Shown here: positions 52,127-64,000 of the stretch, piece by piece | Position numbering within the stretch: the first letter of the stretch is position 1 | How the letters are laid out: each line of letters begins with the position of its first letter | Source: Pachysolen tannophilus NRRL Y-2460 | Lineage: Eukaryota | Assembly (NCBI GenBank): GCA_001661245.1 | Contig: KV454014.1 | Span: 1,321,989 to 1,385,988 of the forward strand | Length of the DNA stretch: 64,000 nt | Direction: 5' to 3' | Notes under the pieces: model-generated | The model's input: the letters and a program-made list of their open reading frames with translations, nothing else | The model's database searches: none | Told to the model about the DNA's origin: nothing | Program-made: the position numbers and the translations under genes

Positions 52127-53659
52127 TTAAAATGATAATAAATCAAAATCGTTTTTGGTGTCATTACTTGCCTTGGTAGATGATGAGGCAGCACCGGCTT
52201 TAGCACTTGAATCACCGAATAAATCGTCAATGTTGGTTGAGCCATTGGTATTGGCAGCAGTTTTTCCTGTACTATTGGATTTACCATTCAATGTTGGAGT
52301 AGGAGTAGGGTGTGAGTTTGTATTTGGGTTCGAACTACCTCCCATACTTTTAGCAGAAGAAAATAAACCACTGAAAGCATCTGGCTTCTTTTTTGGAACT
52401 TCGGACAGAGTCAAGTTATATTGAGGCTGAGAAGGAATACTACCTGGAATAGGTTGTACTGAAGTGAAAGTTGCAGTAGGTATTTGTTGTTGTTGTTGTT
52501 GTTGAAGTTGTTGCGGAGCAGTGGCAAAAGATGCAAAATCATTCGAAAAACCTGCTGTAGTATTGAACTGTGGCGCTACTATAGTTTGAGCAGTATTAGT
52601 AGAAGTGACCATTGTAGGATTATTGTTGGAAGCAGCAAATAAAGTTGCCAAGTTATTAGCATTCAATGGCTTCTGGGTCAGAGCAGGTGAGGTGGTTGCT
52701 GTTGGGACTGCACTCTGAAAATCATCAAAATCATCGTCATCATCATCATCATTATTGTTATTATTATTTCCACCATTTCCATTAGCATTGTTGTTGTTAT
52801 TGTTAACATAGTTAGTTTCTTGACCGAATGAAAACAAGTCAACATCAGGTTGGGGTTGATGTTGTTTTGAAGCTTTAGATGATGAAACATTTACATTAGA
52901 AGTTGTTGTAGTAGCTTTACTTGAACGTCTGTTTGCAGAGTTTCTATTGTTATTTGCCGAAGAGTCACCAACTTCGTATTCTTCATAAGCATTGGATCCA
53001 CCGGTTACTCTTGGTTCTTCAAATCTTTGTCCAAAGACACCACCATCACCATATACCCTATTGGTATAAGTATCACCATCATCATCATTATCATCCAAAG
53101 CACCCAAGTACCTATGATTTGGATTAATAGAACTTTTACCTCCAGCAACACCAGCAAATTTTTTAGCATTGTCTCTTGCCTTTTTACGTTCTTGTCTTAT
53201 AATATTTTCATCATTTAATAATTGAAGTAATTGTTTTGTTCTATTTCTAACATTTATACCTTGATCTCTTCCTTGAGAATCAATATAATGGAAAGATTTT
53301 AACATTTGAACAATAGAAATATTTGCTCTAGCATCATCAACAAATCTTTCACTTCCATTTTTAACTAAATATTCTAATAATTGTAAAGCTTTATAAATTT
53401 GTCTCCATTCATGAGCAGATTTTTCTGTAAATCTTCTAAAAATCATATTTGTAATTTCTTCTCTTTCCCTATAATTATAAGTTCCAGCAGCAATTTCTTG
53501 CATCAATGAAGATGAAGCTCCCCATGGTTCATTATTGGTTGCTTCTCTTACTTTAGCTTCCATCTCAGTAAGGTTTAAAACAACATTTTGAGCTTTCCTT
53601 ACGTAAGCCTTAACCTCATACAACGACAAGTTGTTCAATGTCTTATTCAATGAATCCAT
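52127..53659 (-). CDS. ENT3: ENTH-domain epsin-related adaptor Ent3
   Basis: VRKAQNVVLN, EATNNEPWGAS, EWRQIYKALQLL, acidic FDDF motif, C-terminal DLLSF. Confidence 0.9.
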   Translation of the reverse strand: MDSLNKTLNNLSLYEVKAYVRKAQNVVLNLTEMEAKVREATNNEPWGASSSLMQEIAAGTYNYREREEITNMIFRRFTEKSAHEWRQIYKALQLLEYLVKNGSERFVDDARANISIVQMLKSFHYIDSQGRDQGINVRNRTKQLLQLLNDENIIRQERKKARDNAKKFAGVAGGKSSINPNHRYLGALDDNDDDGDTYTNRVYGDGGVFGQRFEEPRVTGGSNAYEEYEVGDSSANNNRNSANRRSSKATTTTSNVNVSSSKASKQHQPQPDVDLFSFGQETNYVNNNNNNANGNGGNNNNNNDDDDDDDFDDFQSAVPTATTSPALTQKPLNANNLATLFAASNNNPTMVTSTNTAQTIVAPQFNTTAGFSNDFASFATAPQQLQQQQQQQIPTATFTSVQPIPGSIPSQPQYNLTLSEVPKKKPDAFSGLFSSAKSMGGSSNPNTNSHPTPTPTLNGKSNSTGKTAANTNGSTNIDDLFGDSSAKAGAASSSTKASNDTKNDFDLLSF

Positions 53660-54261
53660 AATTGATATTTATATATATATAGATATATATATATATATTA
53701 TTCGATTATATCACTTGTAAAGTTAAAACCCTAAACTTTTCCACCGTTTAATGACAATAAAACTGAAAAATCAAAAAATAAAATTAAAAAAAAAAAAAAA
53801 CACCCAAATAAAAACTAGTAATTACAAGAAATAATAATAATAATAATATTAATAAAAAACGAAAAAGAAAATGAAAAAGAAGAAAAACAGAAAAAAAANN
53901 NNNNNNNNNNNNNNNNNNNNNNNNNNNNNNNNNNNNNNNNNNNNNNNNNNNNNNNNNNNNNNNNNNNNNNNNNNNNNNNNNNNNNNNNNNNNNNNNNNNN
54001 NNNNNNNNNNNNNNNNNNNNNNNNNNNNNNNNNNNNNNNNNNNNNNNNNNNNNNNNNNNNNNNNNNNNNNNNNNNNNNNNNNNNNNNNNNNNNNNNNNNN
54101 NNNNNNNNNNNNNNNNNNNNNNNNNNNNNNNNNNNNNNNNNNNNNNNNNNNNNNNNNNNNNNNNNNNNNNNNNNNNNNNNNNNNNNNNNNNNNNNNNNNN
54201 NNNNNNNNNNNNNNNNNNNNNNNNNNNNNNNNNNNNNNNNNNNNNNNNNNNNNNNNNNNNN

Positions 54262-54310
<49 letters not shown>

Positions 54311-54662
54311 ATAGTCTATCTCTTTAAATGAAATCTGAATGAACTCAGGGTGCAAAAGATTAAAATTAAATCAATTCGTTTTTTTTTTTTAAAAAATTAT
54401 ATATATNTATATATATATATATATATATAAATTATATTTAATAAAATGAATTTTAATGATTGATTTTTGGCTTTGAAATGAATACAATAAAATTTCAGTG
54501 AAAAGCAAAAGATCAATTGAGTTGCTCTACACTACCATTTTTTCTCTACTAGTTAAATTTTATTCATAAGAGAAGAAGAAGAAGAAGAAGAAGAAGAGAC
54601 AAAGTAAGACAAAGTAATTGATTTTAAAAAAGAGTTTATACAAAAAAAAGCTAGGTGAGAAC

Positions 54663-55211
54663 TTATTCTTTGAGTTCTCCTGATTTAACAATTTCGACTT
54701 TTGATGAAGGAGTACCTGATCTTGAGCCAGCAGCCTCGATAGCATCAATAGTTTCAGTACCTTCAACAACTTCACCAAAGACAACATGATGACCATCTAA
54801 CCAAGGACATGGGACGGTTGTTATGAAGAATTGCGATCCATTTGTATTTGGTCCTGCATTTGCCATTGAGAGTAAATATGGTTTTGTATGTTTTTTTTCA
54901 AAATTTTCATCTGGAAATTTTTCACCATAAATTGATTTACCACCTGTACCATTAAAATTAGTAAAATCACCACCTTGTATCATGAATTGAGGAATGATTC
55001 TATGGAAAATGGATTTCTCATATCCAAAACCTTTTTCACCAGTACATAAAGCTCTGAAATTTTCAGTTGTCTTTGGAACTGTTTTATCAAATAATTCAAA
55101 TACAATTCTTGGTTGTTTATTACCGGCAATAGCGGTATCAAAGAAAACTTTCTTACCAAAGACAGCAGCTGAAGAAGAAAAAGAACGAATACCAAATGAT
55201 TTAGCAAACAT
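54663..55211 (-). CDS. CPR3: Cyclophilin with mitochondrial presequence (Cpr3-like)
   Basis: [15 protein letters not shown] presequence; [15 protein letters not shown] and [18 protein letters not shown]. Confidence 0.85.
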   Translation of the reverse strand: MFAKSFGIRSFSSSAAVFGKKVFFDTAIAGNKQPRIVFELFDKTVPKTTENFRALCTGEKGFGYEKSIFHRIIPQFMIQGGDFTNFNGTGGKSIYGEKFPDENFEKKHTKPYLLSMANAGPNTNGSQFFITTVPCPWLDGHHVVFGEVVEGTETIDAIEAAGSRSGTPSSKVEIVKSGELKE

Positions 55212-55259
55212 ATTTCACAATTAATACAACAATAAAATTTTATATTATCTCAAATATCT

Positions 55260-55290
<31 letters not shown>

Positions 55291-55482
55291 TGTTATATTG
55301 TTATATAACTTTTTGTATTCATTTAATTATTCATTGTTCACCGTTAAAAAGCGTCTTAAAATAGTTATAATTTTAATTTCCTAATTCGGTACTTTCCTAA
55401 ATTGAAAATCGAGATGAGTGTTCCTAACGGATAATGGATAATGAATGGATGGTTGGATGGTTGGATGGTTGGATGAATTGTG

Positions 55483-57831
55483 TTAACTTAGTTTCTTTAT
55501 AACTGATTGAAATTTTGATATCAAGATATCTAGCCATTTCACAGCATCGTTGAAATCATTTCTCATAATGGCCTCGTGTAGTCCCGGTAGGACATCACCT
55601 GTATAACCCAAATCTCTATGTGGAGCAAAAATTGTATGTTTCATCCATGTTCTATTTTCCAATGCTTCATTATCTAAAAACATTCTATCTAGATGTGATA
55701 ACTTTAAGTTTGCCAATTTAATTCTTATAAGTAATACTAATTTGTTGAAAAATTTAAACCATGGATAATCCTGCTCCACTTGTGTTTGTAAATCTTTTAT
55801 ATAAGAATCATAATTTTTACTAGTTTCAATCAATTTATTCATGTTAATTTCAAATAATATTAATAAAGAATTAAATTTAGGACTTGTATCTTCATCTAAT
55901 TTTTGTAATTGTTTTATAATATTTCTTCTATTATATTTCAAATATGCACTATCAATATAATAATTAAACCACCTTGTTGGAATTTCTTTATAAAAACTTT
56001 CATAATATTCTTTAATTCTTGTAGAGTAATCTTCTGGACTTACAAAGCAAACTTCTCGTTCACTCAAGCTTAATCCTAATAACCCCAAGAATTTGGCCAT
56101 ACAGTTATGACGCTTATAATCAGGGTCAGCAAATGTATCCATCCATTTGAAAGAATCATAATTCGAATGGTAATGATATACAGGATCAGTCTTACCATTA
56201 GCATCAAATCCCATATTAACAATAGGAATTCCAAGATGATTTTGGAAAACTGCAAAATCCGTTCCAGATCCTGGGAAATCAATTGTTGCATTATCTTGCT
56301 TATGCCAATAATCAAACAATGTCAGTCCTTCAAAAGGTACTTTCGAAGCAACGTCATGTATTGATTTTTCAAGTAAAGGATTAGCCTGCAGACTGAAATG
56401 AGTACCTGTAACGCTTACATCCAAGTTCAAATACAGTAACGTTTTTTTTTGTAAAAATTTGGAATGTGTTTCTCCAAATTCAGTAGATCCTAACATTGAA
56501 TATTCTTCACCATCCCAACTTGCGAAAACAATAGTTCTTAAAGGTTTAAAACCTTGCTTTATCAAATCCCCATAAGCTCTTGCAACTTCCAACAAAGTAG
56601 CTGATCCACTATTTGGGTCTCCGGCTCCGAAAGTCCAACTATCCCGATGATTACCAATAATTATTTGTTCTTCTGGTAATATTCCATCAATTTTTCCCAT
56701 AACATTATAAATTGGAGTAATATTATACTCCTGTAAATTGAATAAATTTAATTCTAATTTACTTGGACCAGGAGTATAAGTAAAATTTTCCAAATTACCT
56801 ATCCAATTCAAATCAGGTCCAATACCATTTAATTCAGCCAATATCGGTTCAATGGTTCTATAACTAACGGGTATTGATGGAATATTTGGAATATAATCTT
56901 TAGGGGAATTTCTTTTACAATTTTTGGTACTTCCATGACCAATTGTTGTTGGATCTCCTGGGTAATCTGTAAAATATTCAACGCTTCCTCTCTGAACTGA
57001 AGAAGGATTTCTTGCAGGACCATTTGGATATGACTCGTATCCGTTCTTGACTGTAATTTCACCATCATCATAAGGATCCGAATACAATATGGCACCAATA
57101 CATCCATTTTGTTGAGCATGTTTAACTTTTAAACCTCTAAAAATCTTTTCATAACGCATTATGCAGATGGTACCATGGACATTAACACCGGACTTTTCCA
57201 ATATTTCAAAATCAGATTTTGATCCATAATTTGCAAAAGTGAACTTTCCAGTGACATTGCCATTCGCGGAATATCCATGGAAAATTGGTACCGAGTTGTT
57301 CAACATGGATGTTTCGTCTTCGGGTAACTTATCTTCTTGTAAATTTGGATTATATATGACATTACTGTCTTTATCCAATAATTTCAAATGTGCATCAACA
57401 GGTCTATTTAACCATATGTAAAAAGTTTCAATTTCTGTTTTTAGTCCAAACTCTTTAAATTTTTGTTCAGTGAATTCAACTAAATCATATCCATCACCTG
57501 CTAAATGAGGTTCATAAGTATATTGCTTCAACCATTCTCTTGCATGATTCTCGGTATCCAATGAATTTAAAAAAATCCTTTTAACTTCTGATACAGGTAA
57601 CTTGGCTCCATGAATCCTTCTCAAGTCTCTACCTAAAGATGTTCTTGGTAAAAAAATCAAATTCACAATACAAATACAAACTATTCCTACAATAATAGCA
57701 GCCCAAAATCTTTTCAGTTTATAATTACCATTATTTTCATTACTATTGTTAACTATATTGGAATGTGAAGAAGAAATAGGCAACAAAGGTTGCCTTTCAT
57801 CCATATCCTCCCCAACGATCCTTTCAATCAT
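55483..57831 (-). CDS. M28B glutamate carboxypeptidase II / transferrin-receptor-like protein (Vps70-like)
   Basis: Type II TM, PA domain, GNHRDSW, GAGDPNSG, SWDGEEY and YHYHSNYDSF; start ATG 57831 or 57804. Confidence 0.88.
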   Translation of the reverse strand: MIERIVGEDMDERQPLLPISSSHSNIVNNSNENNGNYKLKRFWAAIIVGIVCICIVNLIFLPRTSLGRDLRRIHGAKLPVSEVKRIFLNSLDTENHAREWLKQYTYEPHLAGDGYDLVEFTEQKFKEFGLKTEIETFYIWLNRPVDAHLKLLDKDSNVIYNPNLQEDKLPEDETSMLNNSVPIFHGYSANGNVTGKFTFANYGSKSDFEILEKSGVNVHGTICIMRYEKIFRGLKVKHAQQNGCIGAILYSDPYDDGEITVKNGYESYPNGPARNPSSVQRGSVEYFTDYPGDPTTIGHGSTKNCKRNSPKDYIPNIPSIPVSYRTIEPILAELNGIGPDLNWIGNLENFTYTPGPSKLELNLFNLQEYNITPIYNVMGKIDGILPEEQIIIGNHRDSWTFGAGDPNSGSATLLEVARAYGDLIKQGFKPLRTIVFASWDGEEYSMLGSTEFGETHSKFLQKKTLLYLNLDVSVTGTHFSLQANPLLEKSIHDVASKVPFEGLTLFDYWHKQDNATIDFPGSGTDFAVFQNHLGIPIVNMGFDANGKTDPVYHYHSNYDSFKWMDTFADPDYKRHNCMAKFLGLLGLSLSEREVCFVSPEDYSTRIKEYYESFYKEIPTRWFNYYIDSAYLKYNRRNIIKQLQKLDEDTSPKFNSLLILFEINMNKLIETSKNYDSYIKDLQTQVEQDYPWFKFFNKLVLLIRIKLANLKLSHLDRMFLDNEALENRTWMKHTIFAPHRDLGYTGDVLPGLHEAIMRNDFNDAVKWLDILISKFQSVIKKLS

Positions 57832-57976
57832 CTCATTCAACTGACTTCAATCCTGTAATATAAGTAATCAACTGGATTTCATTTAGTTTATTATATTTTA
57901 TCGTATAAAACTTTGAGAGAATTAAATATATGTTTCCATTTTCGGAACAAAAATTTATTTTACAATTCTATAAATG

Positions 57977-59326
57977 TTATACACTTATCTTGACTATTTT
58001 ATTAGTATTATTATCCGAGACGATATCAGATTCGGCCTTTCTCTTTGTATTTCCAGTGTCAGTGTTGGTATTGCCACTGGTGTTATTGTCAGTGGTGATA
58101 TCTGTTTGGTTTATTGTACTGACTGTGTTTTTTAAAGCCTCTTTAACTCTTTCCTTACCATCAACACCATTAACTGGTCTGAAATATGGTTGACATCTCC
58201 AATAGGGAATGGTCTTATAACATCCACCCCATGCTTCTAAAGGTCCATCTTCTATTATATCCAATTTTTCAATATCTTCATTTGTGAATATTTCTTGTAC
58301 TATTTTTTCAATTGAAATTACTATTTTTTCAAATTCTTCCAAAGGAGCACTTGAATGTAATTTAGCAATATCAGTTCTTATATCTGTATGTTTTGGTAAG
58401 AAATTTCTCAAGTATTTAAATAAATGGTTTTTAAATGCATGTCTAGAAGCATGTCCCGGTGTCTTTGTCAAGATTTCAAAATATTCTCTTGTAATCTTAT
58501 CAACTCTTGGGTATTGTTTTTCTTTATCATTGTCCTTTGTCCAGAATACACCTGGATTAAACAAATTCCCCTCTGCAGACATAACTCCATCACAGTTAAC
58601 ATTTTTTATACATCTATCGATATCATCAGGGTACAATATATTACCATTACTGAAAAATACAGTATCATTCGGTAAATTATCTCTCAAATATCTTAAAGTA
58701 TCCCAATTTGCAAGTCCCGTATTTTGTCCCTTCATTTCTCTAGTTCTTCCATGAATAGTTATGAATTGTGCACCTGCATCAAGTACCATCTTTGCATAAT
58801 CCAAAGATTTTTCTAAATCATCGTAAACCCTTATCTTTGCAGTAACAGGAACATTTAAATTCTCATGTAATGTTCTAATCAATTTATGAACCAAATCCCA
58901 ATCATCCATCAAGAAAGCACCATAATGACCCTTTCTAGCAATACCTTGAGGACACCCTAAATTTAAATCAACAGCATCAACTTTATCTTGAACCAATTTA
59001 GCCGCTTGCAACAAATATTCAGGATCATTTGCACAAAATTGTGCAATTAAAGGTCTATCAAATTTTTGATCACCATCTAATTCTGACCACATATCTTTCC
59101 TATATTTTTCCTGTGTTGCAAAAAGTCTTGCATGCATCATTGGTGTATAACATAACGTAGCACCATATTTTCTAGATAAAATTCTCCACGCCAACTCCGA
59201 CTGATCCACCATTGGTGCAACAATTTTAGTTGGACATCCTATCAGATTAAACAAATCCCGACCTTGAAGCTTAACTTTCTTCCCATCACTAACAGATATT
59301 GAATTATCTTTGGACTCCACTGTCAT
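57977..59326 (-). CDS. DUS1: tRNA dihydrouridine synthase 1
   Basis: APMVDQSELAWR, DLNLGCPQGIA and HGRTREMKG; first ATG at 59326; RRPE/PAC-like elements at 59515-59560. Confidence 0.95.
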   Translation of the reverse strand: MTVESKDNSISVSDGKKVKLQGRDLFNLIGCPTKIVAPMVDQSELAWRILSRKYGATLCYTPMMHARLFATQEKYRKDMWSELDGDQKFDRPLIAQFCANDPEYLLQAAKLVQDKVDAVDLNLGCPQGIARKGHYGAFLMDDWDLVHKLIRTLHENLNVPVTAKIRVYDDLEKSLDYAKMVLDAGAQFITIHGRTREMKGQNTGLANWDTLRYLRDNLPNDTVFFSNGNILYPDDIDRCIKNVNCDGVMSAEGNLFNPGVFWTKDNDKEKQYPRVDKITREYFEILTKTPGHASRHAFKNHLFKYLRNFLPKHTDIRTDIAKLHSSAPLEEFEKIVISIEKIVQEIFTNEDIEKLDIIEDGPLEAWGGCYKTIPYWRCQPYFRPVNGVDGKERVKEALKNTVSTINQTDITTDNNTSGNTNTDTGNTKRKAESDIVSDNNTNKIVKISV

Positions 59327-59859
59327 CTTTACAGATTTATTGAAAACCCTACCAATAAATTTATCCAAAACTGAATATATTCGTTTGGAAATCACTTTGA
59401 ACAAAAATTTGCTAATCTACCTGATCTCAAAGAGCTTCTAGCCTTCTAATTATAATAGTTTATATTTATACTTATCTACAGAATACTTAAGAAATGGAAA
59501 AAGAAAAAAAAAAAAAAATTTTTTTTCAGTCATCTCCTGCAAAATAAGTGAAAAATTTCTATTTATTTCAACTTGTAGTCGAAGATATATTTTCATTCAA
59601 ATGTTTCTTAACCCCAAGTAATAGTAATGTGAATAAAAAAAAAGGGGGATTATCATCTTGATAATATAGAAATAATAATAAACTTATCAATAAAGCTTTA
59701 AATGAAAATATATATGTTGAACAAAATATTGAAAAAAAAAAAAAANAAAAAATAAGAAAAACCCCCCCAATAAATAAGTACAACAACGTACTACTACTAA
59801 TAAATACATATAAGTAAAAGTTATTCAAAAAAAATTTTTAAACATGTGTAGTATCTTCT

Positions 59860-62800
59860 TTAAATGTTTTGACTATTGCTTACCGAATCTGTATCGTTGA
59901 TGAAAATGGCTCTTGCCTTTAAAGCCTCTGCAAAAGCTAAGGCCACAGGCCAAACAGGTGCATCAGCAAGAATCCTAACACCTAATGATAAAGCTCTAGA
60001 AGATAACCTGGCTGAAACGATGATTTCCGCAGAACGTTTTAAATTGTTATCGGACTGGAGGGCCAATTGAGCAATCTTATCATCTAATATATCAACATCA
60101 AGTGCACCTTTTGCTTGAGCCCGCAAGAATTCAGAATACGAAAAATTGTTCGATCCTATAGGTGATAAATTTTTTTCAACTTTTTTAAACAAATTTTCAG
60201 TTTTTAACCATAACACTCTATCGATAGCATTTAATGTGGGTAAACTACTGCTATTGATATTACTTGAATTACTGTTTTCGGTAAAAGTTGGTGAATTAGA
60301 TATAGGTGATCCATTTGAATGAATTTGTAAATAATTCTTTGCCCATAATTCTGTTGCATATAAGTATTCAGAAATAATTAACATTGAAGCAAATATACAT
60401 GTCAAGAAAAAAATTGGTGTTCTTATTGATGTTTTCTCTGCATCGTTGGTAATGGATATGATTTCGATCCAAAGACCAATGATTTCTAATGCATATGTTG
60501 AACTCTCTCTTAATGCTTCTGGATCATGATCCAAATTTTTCAATTCTCTATTCATTCCATTCCAATCTTGCAGCCAAAGTTTCTCCAAGATCGGTGTTAA
60601 ATAACAACATTTTCTAATCTTTGCAAAATGCAATAATGGCAATATTAATTTCAAGACAGGTGTTTCATTTATAAGATGTAAATTAGCCTCTCTAGGTATA
60701 AGTACACCTTCGTTTTTAACAAAAATAAATTCCCATGACTTGAGTAAACTTTCAATAATCGGTCTCGAATTCATTCTCCACTTTGTCAGTTTTAATGCTC
60801 CAGTAGAATCTTTTTCTAATTGAGTTCTCTCGTTGTAAATTCTTTCACTAATAGACATCAAAGCACTCAACAAAGTCTTAAAATTTAGTTTCTTGTCACA
60901 ATAATGATTTTCCAAATCCCTTAAAATTTCCGGAAATGGTTCACCATTCGAAATCTGGATAAGTGAAAATTTAGAATCAATAATTAATCTGTTTTCCTTC
61001 AATATTGTAAACCATTCTTCAGGCTTCTTGGCAGTCCATAAGCCTTCAATCTGACATGGAGTTCCAGATTTGATATCACTAGCACTCAACTCAACAGGCA
61101 ACCCCAACAACGATGCAAACAAGACACTAAGATAATACAATACGTGTAGAGTTCTTATTCTAGATTGAGACATTATGAAATAATCATAGTTACTTTTTAA
61201 TTGACGCTGATCATTATTAGTATCTCCATCTATAACCGGAGGAGGTAAAACAAAATTTTCTAATGCTAAATTTAATTGTATTGTTTTCACCAAGGTAATT
61301 AAAGAAGACAAATGCCTTGAAGTTATTTTAAAAATTTCCAGTTCATTACTAAACATTCCCAAGAATGTATCTAATACCAAAGCTTGTATTATGTGTAGTG
61401 GGAAGTTGTTAAAATTGTTCAATGAAGATCTCTGCTTTTCCATGAAATTTTGAATCAAGAATCTTGAAAGCCTTGCCAATATCAACGAATTTGTTGAATG
61501 AAATGAATATAAAGCACCTATAGCTGCCATTGCCAATAACAAAGCCAAATTCTCTTCTGAATTACGCAGTTGCAATGTAGATAAATGAATAAACGGAAAG
61601 TATTTGTCAAATTCTAATTCATACAACGACATATAACTGTTCAAATCTTGCAAAGGTGGGAATTGGGAATTATGTAACTGATATGTCAAGAGAATGTAGC
61701 TTCTGAGTTCTTCTGTAAAAAACTCGGATGAACCTCTGACTTCTCCCAATTTAATATGTGATTGATTATCATTTAAAGGTTGTAAGTTGTTTCCCAAAGA
61801 ATTACTGCTGGTATTATTGCTGGATATATGTTTGAATAAATCCATTTGTCTGCTTCTAAATAAAGAAGTGATTTCATCTGAATTTTGATGTTGCGAAGAC
61901 GTAGATTGCAAAGATTTAGAGTCTGTAAATCCAATGTGATGTGAAGCTAAGGGTATATTAGCATTATTGAGATCAAAAGGAGTATTAATAAATTCAGCCA
62001 ACCAATCATCAGTGGCATTTCCATTATCACGATTATCTCCAGAATACAAGTGTTTTCCTGCTTTATGTATATCATCATCTTTAACTTTAAAATTTCTATT
62101 TGTCACAGATGAAAAATTTTCAAAGCCTGCACCTCCCCCTGCTCCTCCAATATGAAGATATTGTTGTAACATCGGAATATCTATCACAGACCCACCTGGA
62201 GTCATATTGAATTCAAATGGAGTACTTCCTCTACTATTATAATTATTACTATTATTATTAATGTTGTTGTTATGACCATTATTCTGATTACTATGAGTAA
62301 AATTGAAGTAACCTTGTTGTTGTTGTTGTTGATGATGTTGTTGCTGGTTTCCTTCTGATTTATTACCATATTTTTCCAAATCCAAATTCAACGCTTCTAT
62401 TGTATCTATATCACGAAAATCAACACCAAGTGCGTCTAAATCAAATCCGGATAAAAGTGCTTTTTCGGCTAACTCTTGAGCACTTAGTTGTGGTGTTGCA
62501 AAACCAATTTGGTGAGGTGCTTCAGATATACAGTTCTCTTGAATATTTTTAGCGTCTTTCAATAATGTATAAGAGGAAGCAGAAGCAGCACTAAATGAAG
62601 CATGTCTGTTTTTATTTTTTTTACTTTGTTCCAGATGACTATTATTTGATGAAGTTGAATTATTGTTATCATTGCTATTATGATTACTATCTCCAGGAGT
62701 AGTACTTGATTCTGGGAAAGTGGAAGAGCTCACACTATGGTTCATTGCTGTAGAAACAAATGTCATAGGTGAAGGTCCTAAATAATTAATATCCAAGTTA

Positions 62801-63720
62801 TCCTTATTTGTATGTGCAAGATTTGGAGGTGAAGTATTTGAAGTTGCTGGTGAAGGTTCCTGAGGTTTGTTTAAATTTGAGAAAAGTGATCCCACGACAA
62901 TAGGAGATCCATTTGATGAAGAAGATGTCCTTGAAGTATTATTTTTAATATTGGTACTATTATTAGCAGATGAATTTCCAGCAGTCATTGATATACCATT
63001 ACTCAGTATTGATAGATTTTTTTGATTAAAATCCGATTGAGGAGGAGTAAAAGTTGATGGGATATTTTTACTATATCTTCTTGGTCTTTTAGTTTTAAAA
63101 TTTGGATCATTTGTATCTTCTTCAGTAGTAACATTATCATCATTTTTAATTTCTCCCTTGGGGCTTAACAAATTATCATTATCCTTTGATGGTAGAGGTA
63201 AATTTGGATTTGTATTTTTATAAACTATATTAATATTTTCATTTAAATAATCTTGAATAACGTCTCCTGGTTTAACATTTGGATTAAAATTATGTTTTCT
63301 TGTTCTTGACCTGTTTGGTGTTGGTAATGAAGCATGTAACTTTTGTTGATGCCTCAATACCAAATCTCTTCTTGCAAAACATCTTCCACAAGCACCACAT
63401 TGGAAAGGTTTTTCATTTGTATGTGATCTTTCATGTCTTTTCAAATGTTCTAATCTAGCAAAAGCTCTTGTACATGTCACACAAACATGTGGCCTCGGCT
63501 TATCGGTTTTAATTATAGCCGACTTCTTAGGTATTGGTTGATGAAGAGATGGCGATAACGGCGACTCGGATCTTGATTCTGGTGACGGCTGTAAAGGGCG
63601 CTTCACAGCAGTAATATTGACATTAGCAGCAGGAATCATACCAGCAACAGTAGTATCTGAATTCAAATCAGCAACAGAACCAACACTGTCTTGTTTTATC
63701 TTTGATGTGTTTAAAGACAT
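59860..63720 (-). CDS. C2H2 zinc-finger transcription factor, Tda9/Rsf2 (Adr1-related) family
   Basis: [30 protein letters not shown] and [19 protein letters not shown] fingers, RHASFSA motif, fungal TF middle domain (YFPFIH). Confidence 0.88.
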   Translation of the reverse strand: MSLNTSKIKQDSVGSVADLNSDTTVAGMIPAANVNITAVKRPLQPSPESRSESPLSPSLHQPIPKKSAIIKTDKPRPHVCVTCTRAFARLEHLKRHERSHTNEKPFQCGACGRCFARRDLVLRHQQKLHASLPTPNRSRTRKHNFNPNVKPGDVIQDYLNENINIVYKNTNPNLPLPSKDNDNLLSPKGEIKNDDNVTTEEDTNDPNFKTKRPRRYSKNIPSTFTPPQSDFNQKNLSILSNGISMTAGNSSANNSTNIKNNTSRTSSSSNGSPIVVGSLFSNLNKPQEPSPATSNTSPPNLAHTNKDNLDINYLGPSPMTFVSTAMNHSVSSSTFPESSTTPGDSNHNSNDNNNSTSSNNSHLEQSKKNKNRHASFSAASASSYTLLKDAKNIQENCISEAPHQIGFATPQLSAQELAEKALLSGFDLDALGVDFRDIDTIEALNLDLEKYGNKSEGNQQQHHQQQQQQGYFNFTHSNQNNGHNNNINNNSNNYNSRGSTPFEFNMTPGGSVIDIPMLQQYLHIGGAGGGAGFENFSSVTNRNFKVKDDDIHKAGKHLYSGDNRDNGNATDDWLAEFINTPFDLNNANIPLASHHIGFTDSKSLQSTSSQHQNSDEITSLFRSRQMDLFKHISSNNTSSNSLGNNLQPLNDNQSHIKLGEVRGSSEFFTEELRSYILLTYQLHNSQFPPLQDLNSYMSLYELEFDKYFPFIHLSTLQLRNSEENLALLLAMAAIGALYSFHSTNSLILARLSRFLIQNFMEKQRSSLNNFNNFPLHIIQALVLDTFLGMFSNELEIFKITSRHLSSLITLVKTIQLNLALENFVLPPPVIDGDTNNDQRQLKSNYDYFIMSQSRIRTLHVLYYLSVLFASLLGLPVELSASDIKSGTPCQIEGLWTAKKPEEWFTILKENRLIIDSKFSLIQISNGEPFPEILRDLENHYCDKKLNFKTLLSALMSISERIYNERTQLEKDSTGALKLTKWRMNSRPIIESLLKSWEFIFVKNEGVLIPREANLHLINETPVLKLILPLLHFAKIRKCCYLTPILEKLWLQDWNGMNRELKNLDHDPEALRESSTYALEIIGLWIEIISITNDAEKTSIRTPIFFLTCIFASMLIISEYLYATELWAKNYLQIHSNGSPISNSPTFTENSNSSNINSSSLPTLNAIDRVLWLKTENLFKKVEKNLSPIGSNNFSYSEFLRAQAKGALDVDILDDKIAQLALQSDNNLKRSAEIIVSARLSSRALSLGVRILADAPVWPVALAFAEALKARAIFINDTDSVSNSQNI

Positions 63721-64000
63721 CCAAAAGAAGAGAAAAAAGTAAAAAAAATTTCTTTGTAAAAATCAATGAATCAATAAATCTTTTAATCTCTTGATCTTTT
63801 TTTTACTTTTTTTTTTTTTTTATATTATATATATAATATAAAAAAAAAAAAAAAAAAAAAAATTTAAAAATTAAAAAAGTACTTTATTCTTCCAAATCCT
63901 GCCCACAAATGGGTGGTAGAATATTCAATACCGTAAGATTAAAAGCTTAAATAAGGTTACTATATTAAAGCCTGATTCTTTATATAAAGTATTATCTGGT

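Noticed and set aside
55446..55475. (TGGATGGT)n telomere-like tract
   Set aside because: Under four units in an intergenic region; the species' telomere repeat is unknown to me; treated as a microsatellite
59860..63720. Calling this factor ADR1/MXR1
   Set aside because: The IIKTDKPRP lead-in, [11 protein letters not shown] finger and RHASFSA motif fit the Tda9/Rsf2 branch better
1..64000. Transposons, rRNA, horizontally acquired island or metabolic gene cluster
   Set aside because: No transposase, gag/pol, LTR or rRNA sequence seen; composition looks uniform and neighbouring genes are functionally unrelated

Overview
Very AT-rich, gene-dense budding-yeast (Saccharomycotina) chromosomal segment with five N-gaps. 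It holds about 33 protein genes and one tRNA-Gly(GCC). Several in-frame CTG codons fall on positions that are Ala in homologs I recall, so the organism probably uses the CUG-Ala code (Pachysolen/Nakazawaea/Peterozyma clade; inference) and the supplied translations misread CTG as Leu. Most genes are housekeeping (RPL17, PFD1, MNN11, IBA57, GON7, KGD2, PEX7, CTF8, LNP1, EGD2, a DNF-type flippase, MSL5, CFT2, MTQ2, DOP1, BET5, ENT3, cyclophilin, DUS1, a Tda9/Rsf2-like factor). Highlights: (1) a secreted Kex2-processed repeat precursor at 26080-26652(-) that alternates an acidic, alpha-factor-shaped 13-mer (WSEEELRKGEPIS x5 plus one variant) with a second conserved 11-mer, under a promoter with Mcm1- and Ste12-like sites; (2) a five-exon RUB1/NEDD8 gene missing from the ORF track; (3) a candidate structured ncRNA between CFT2 and RUB1; (4) intron-corrected PFD1, INO4-like and BET5 models and a probable homopolymer frameshift in ATG27. 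All gene names come from recalled family motifs, not database searches.
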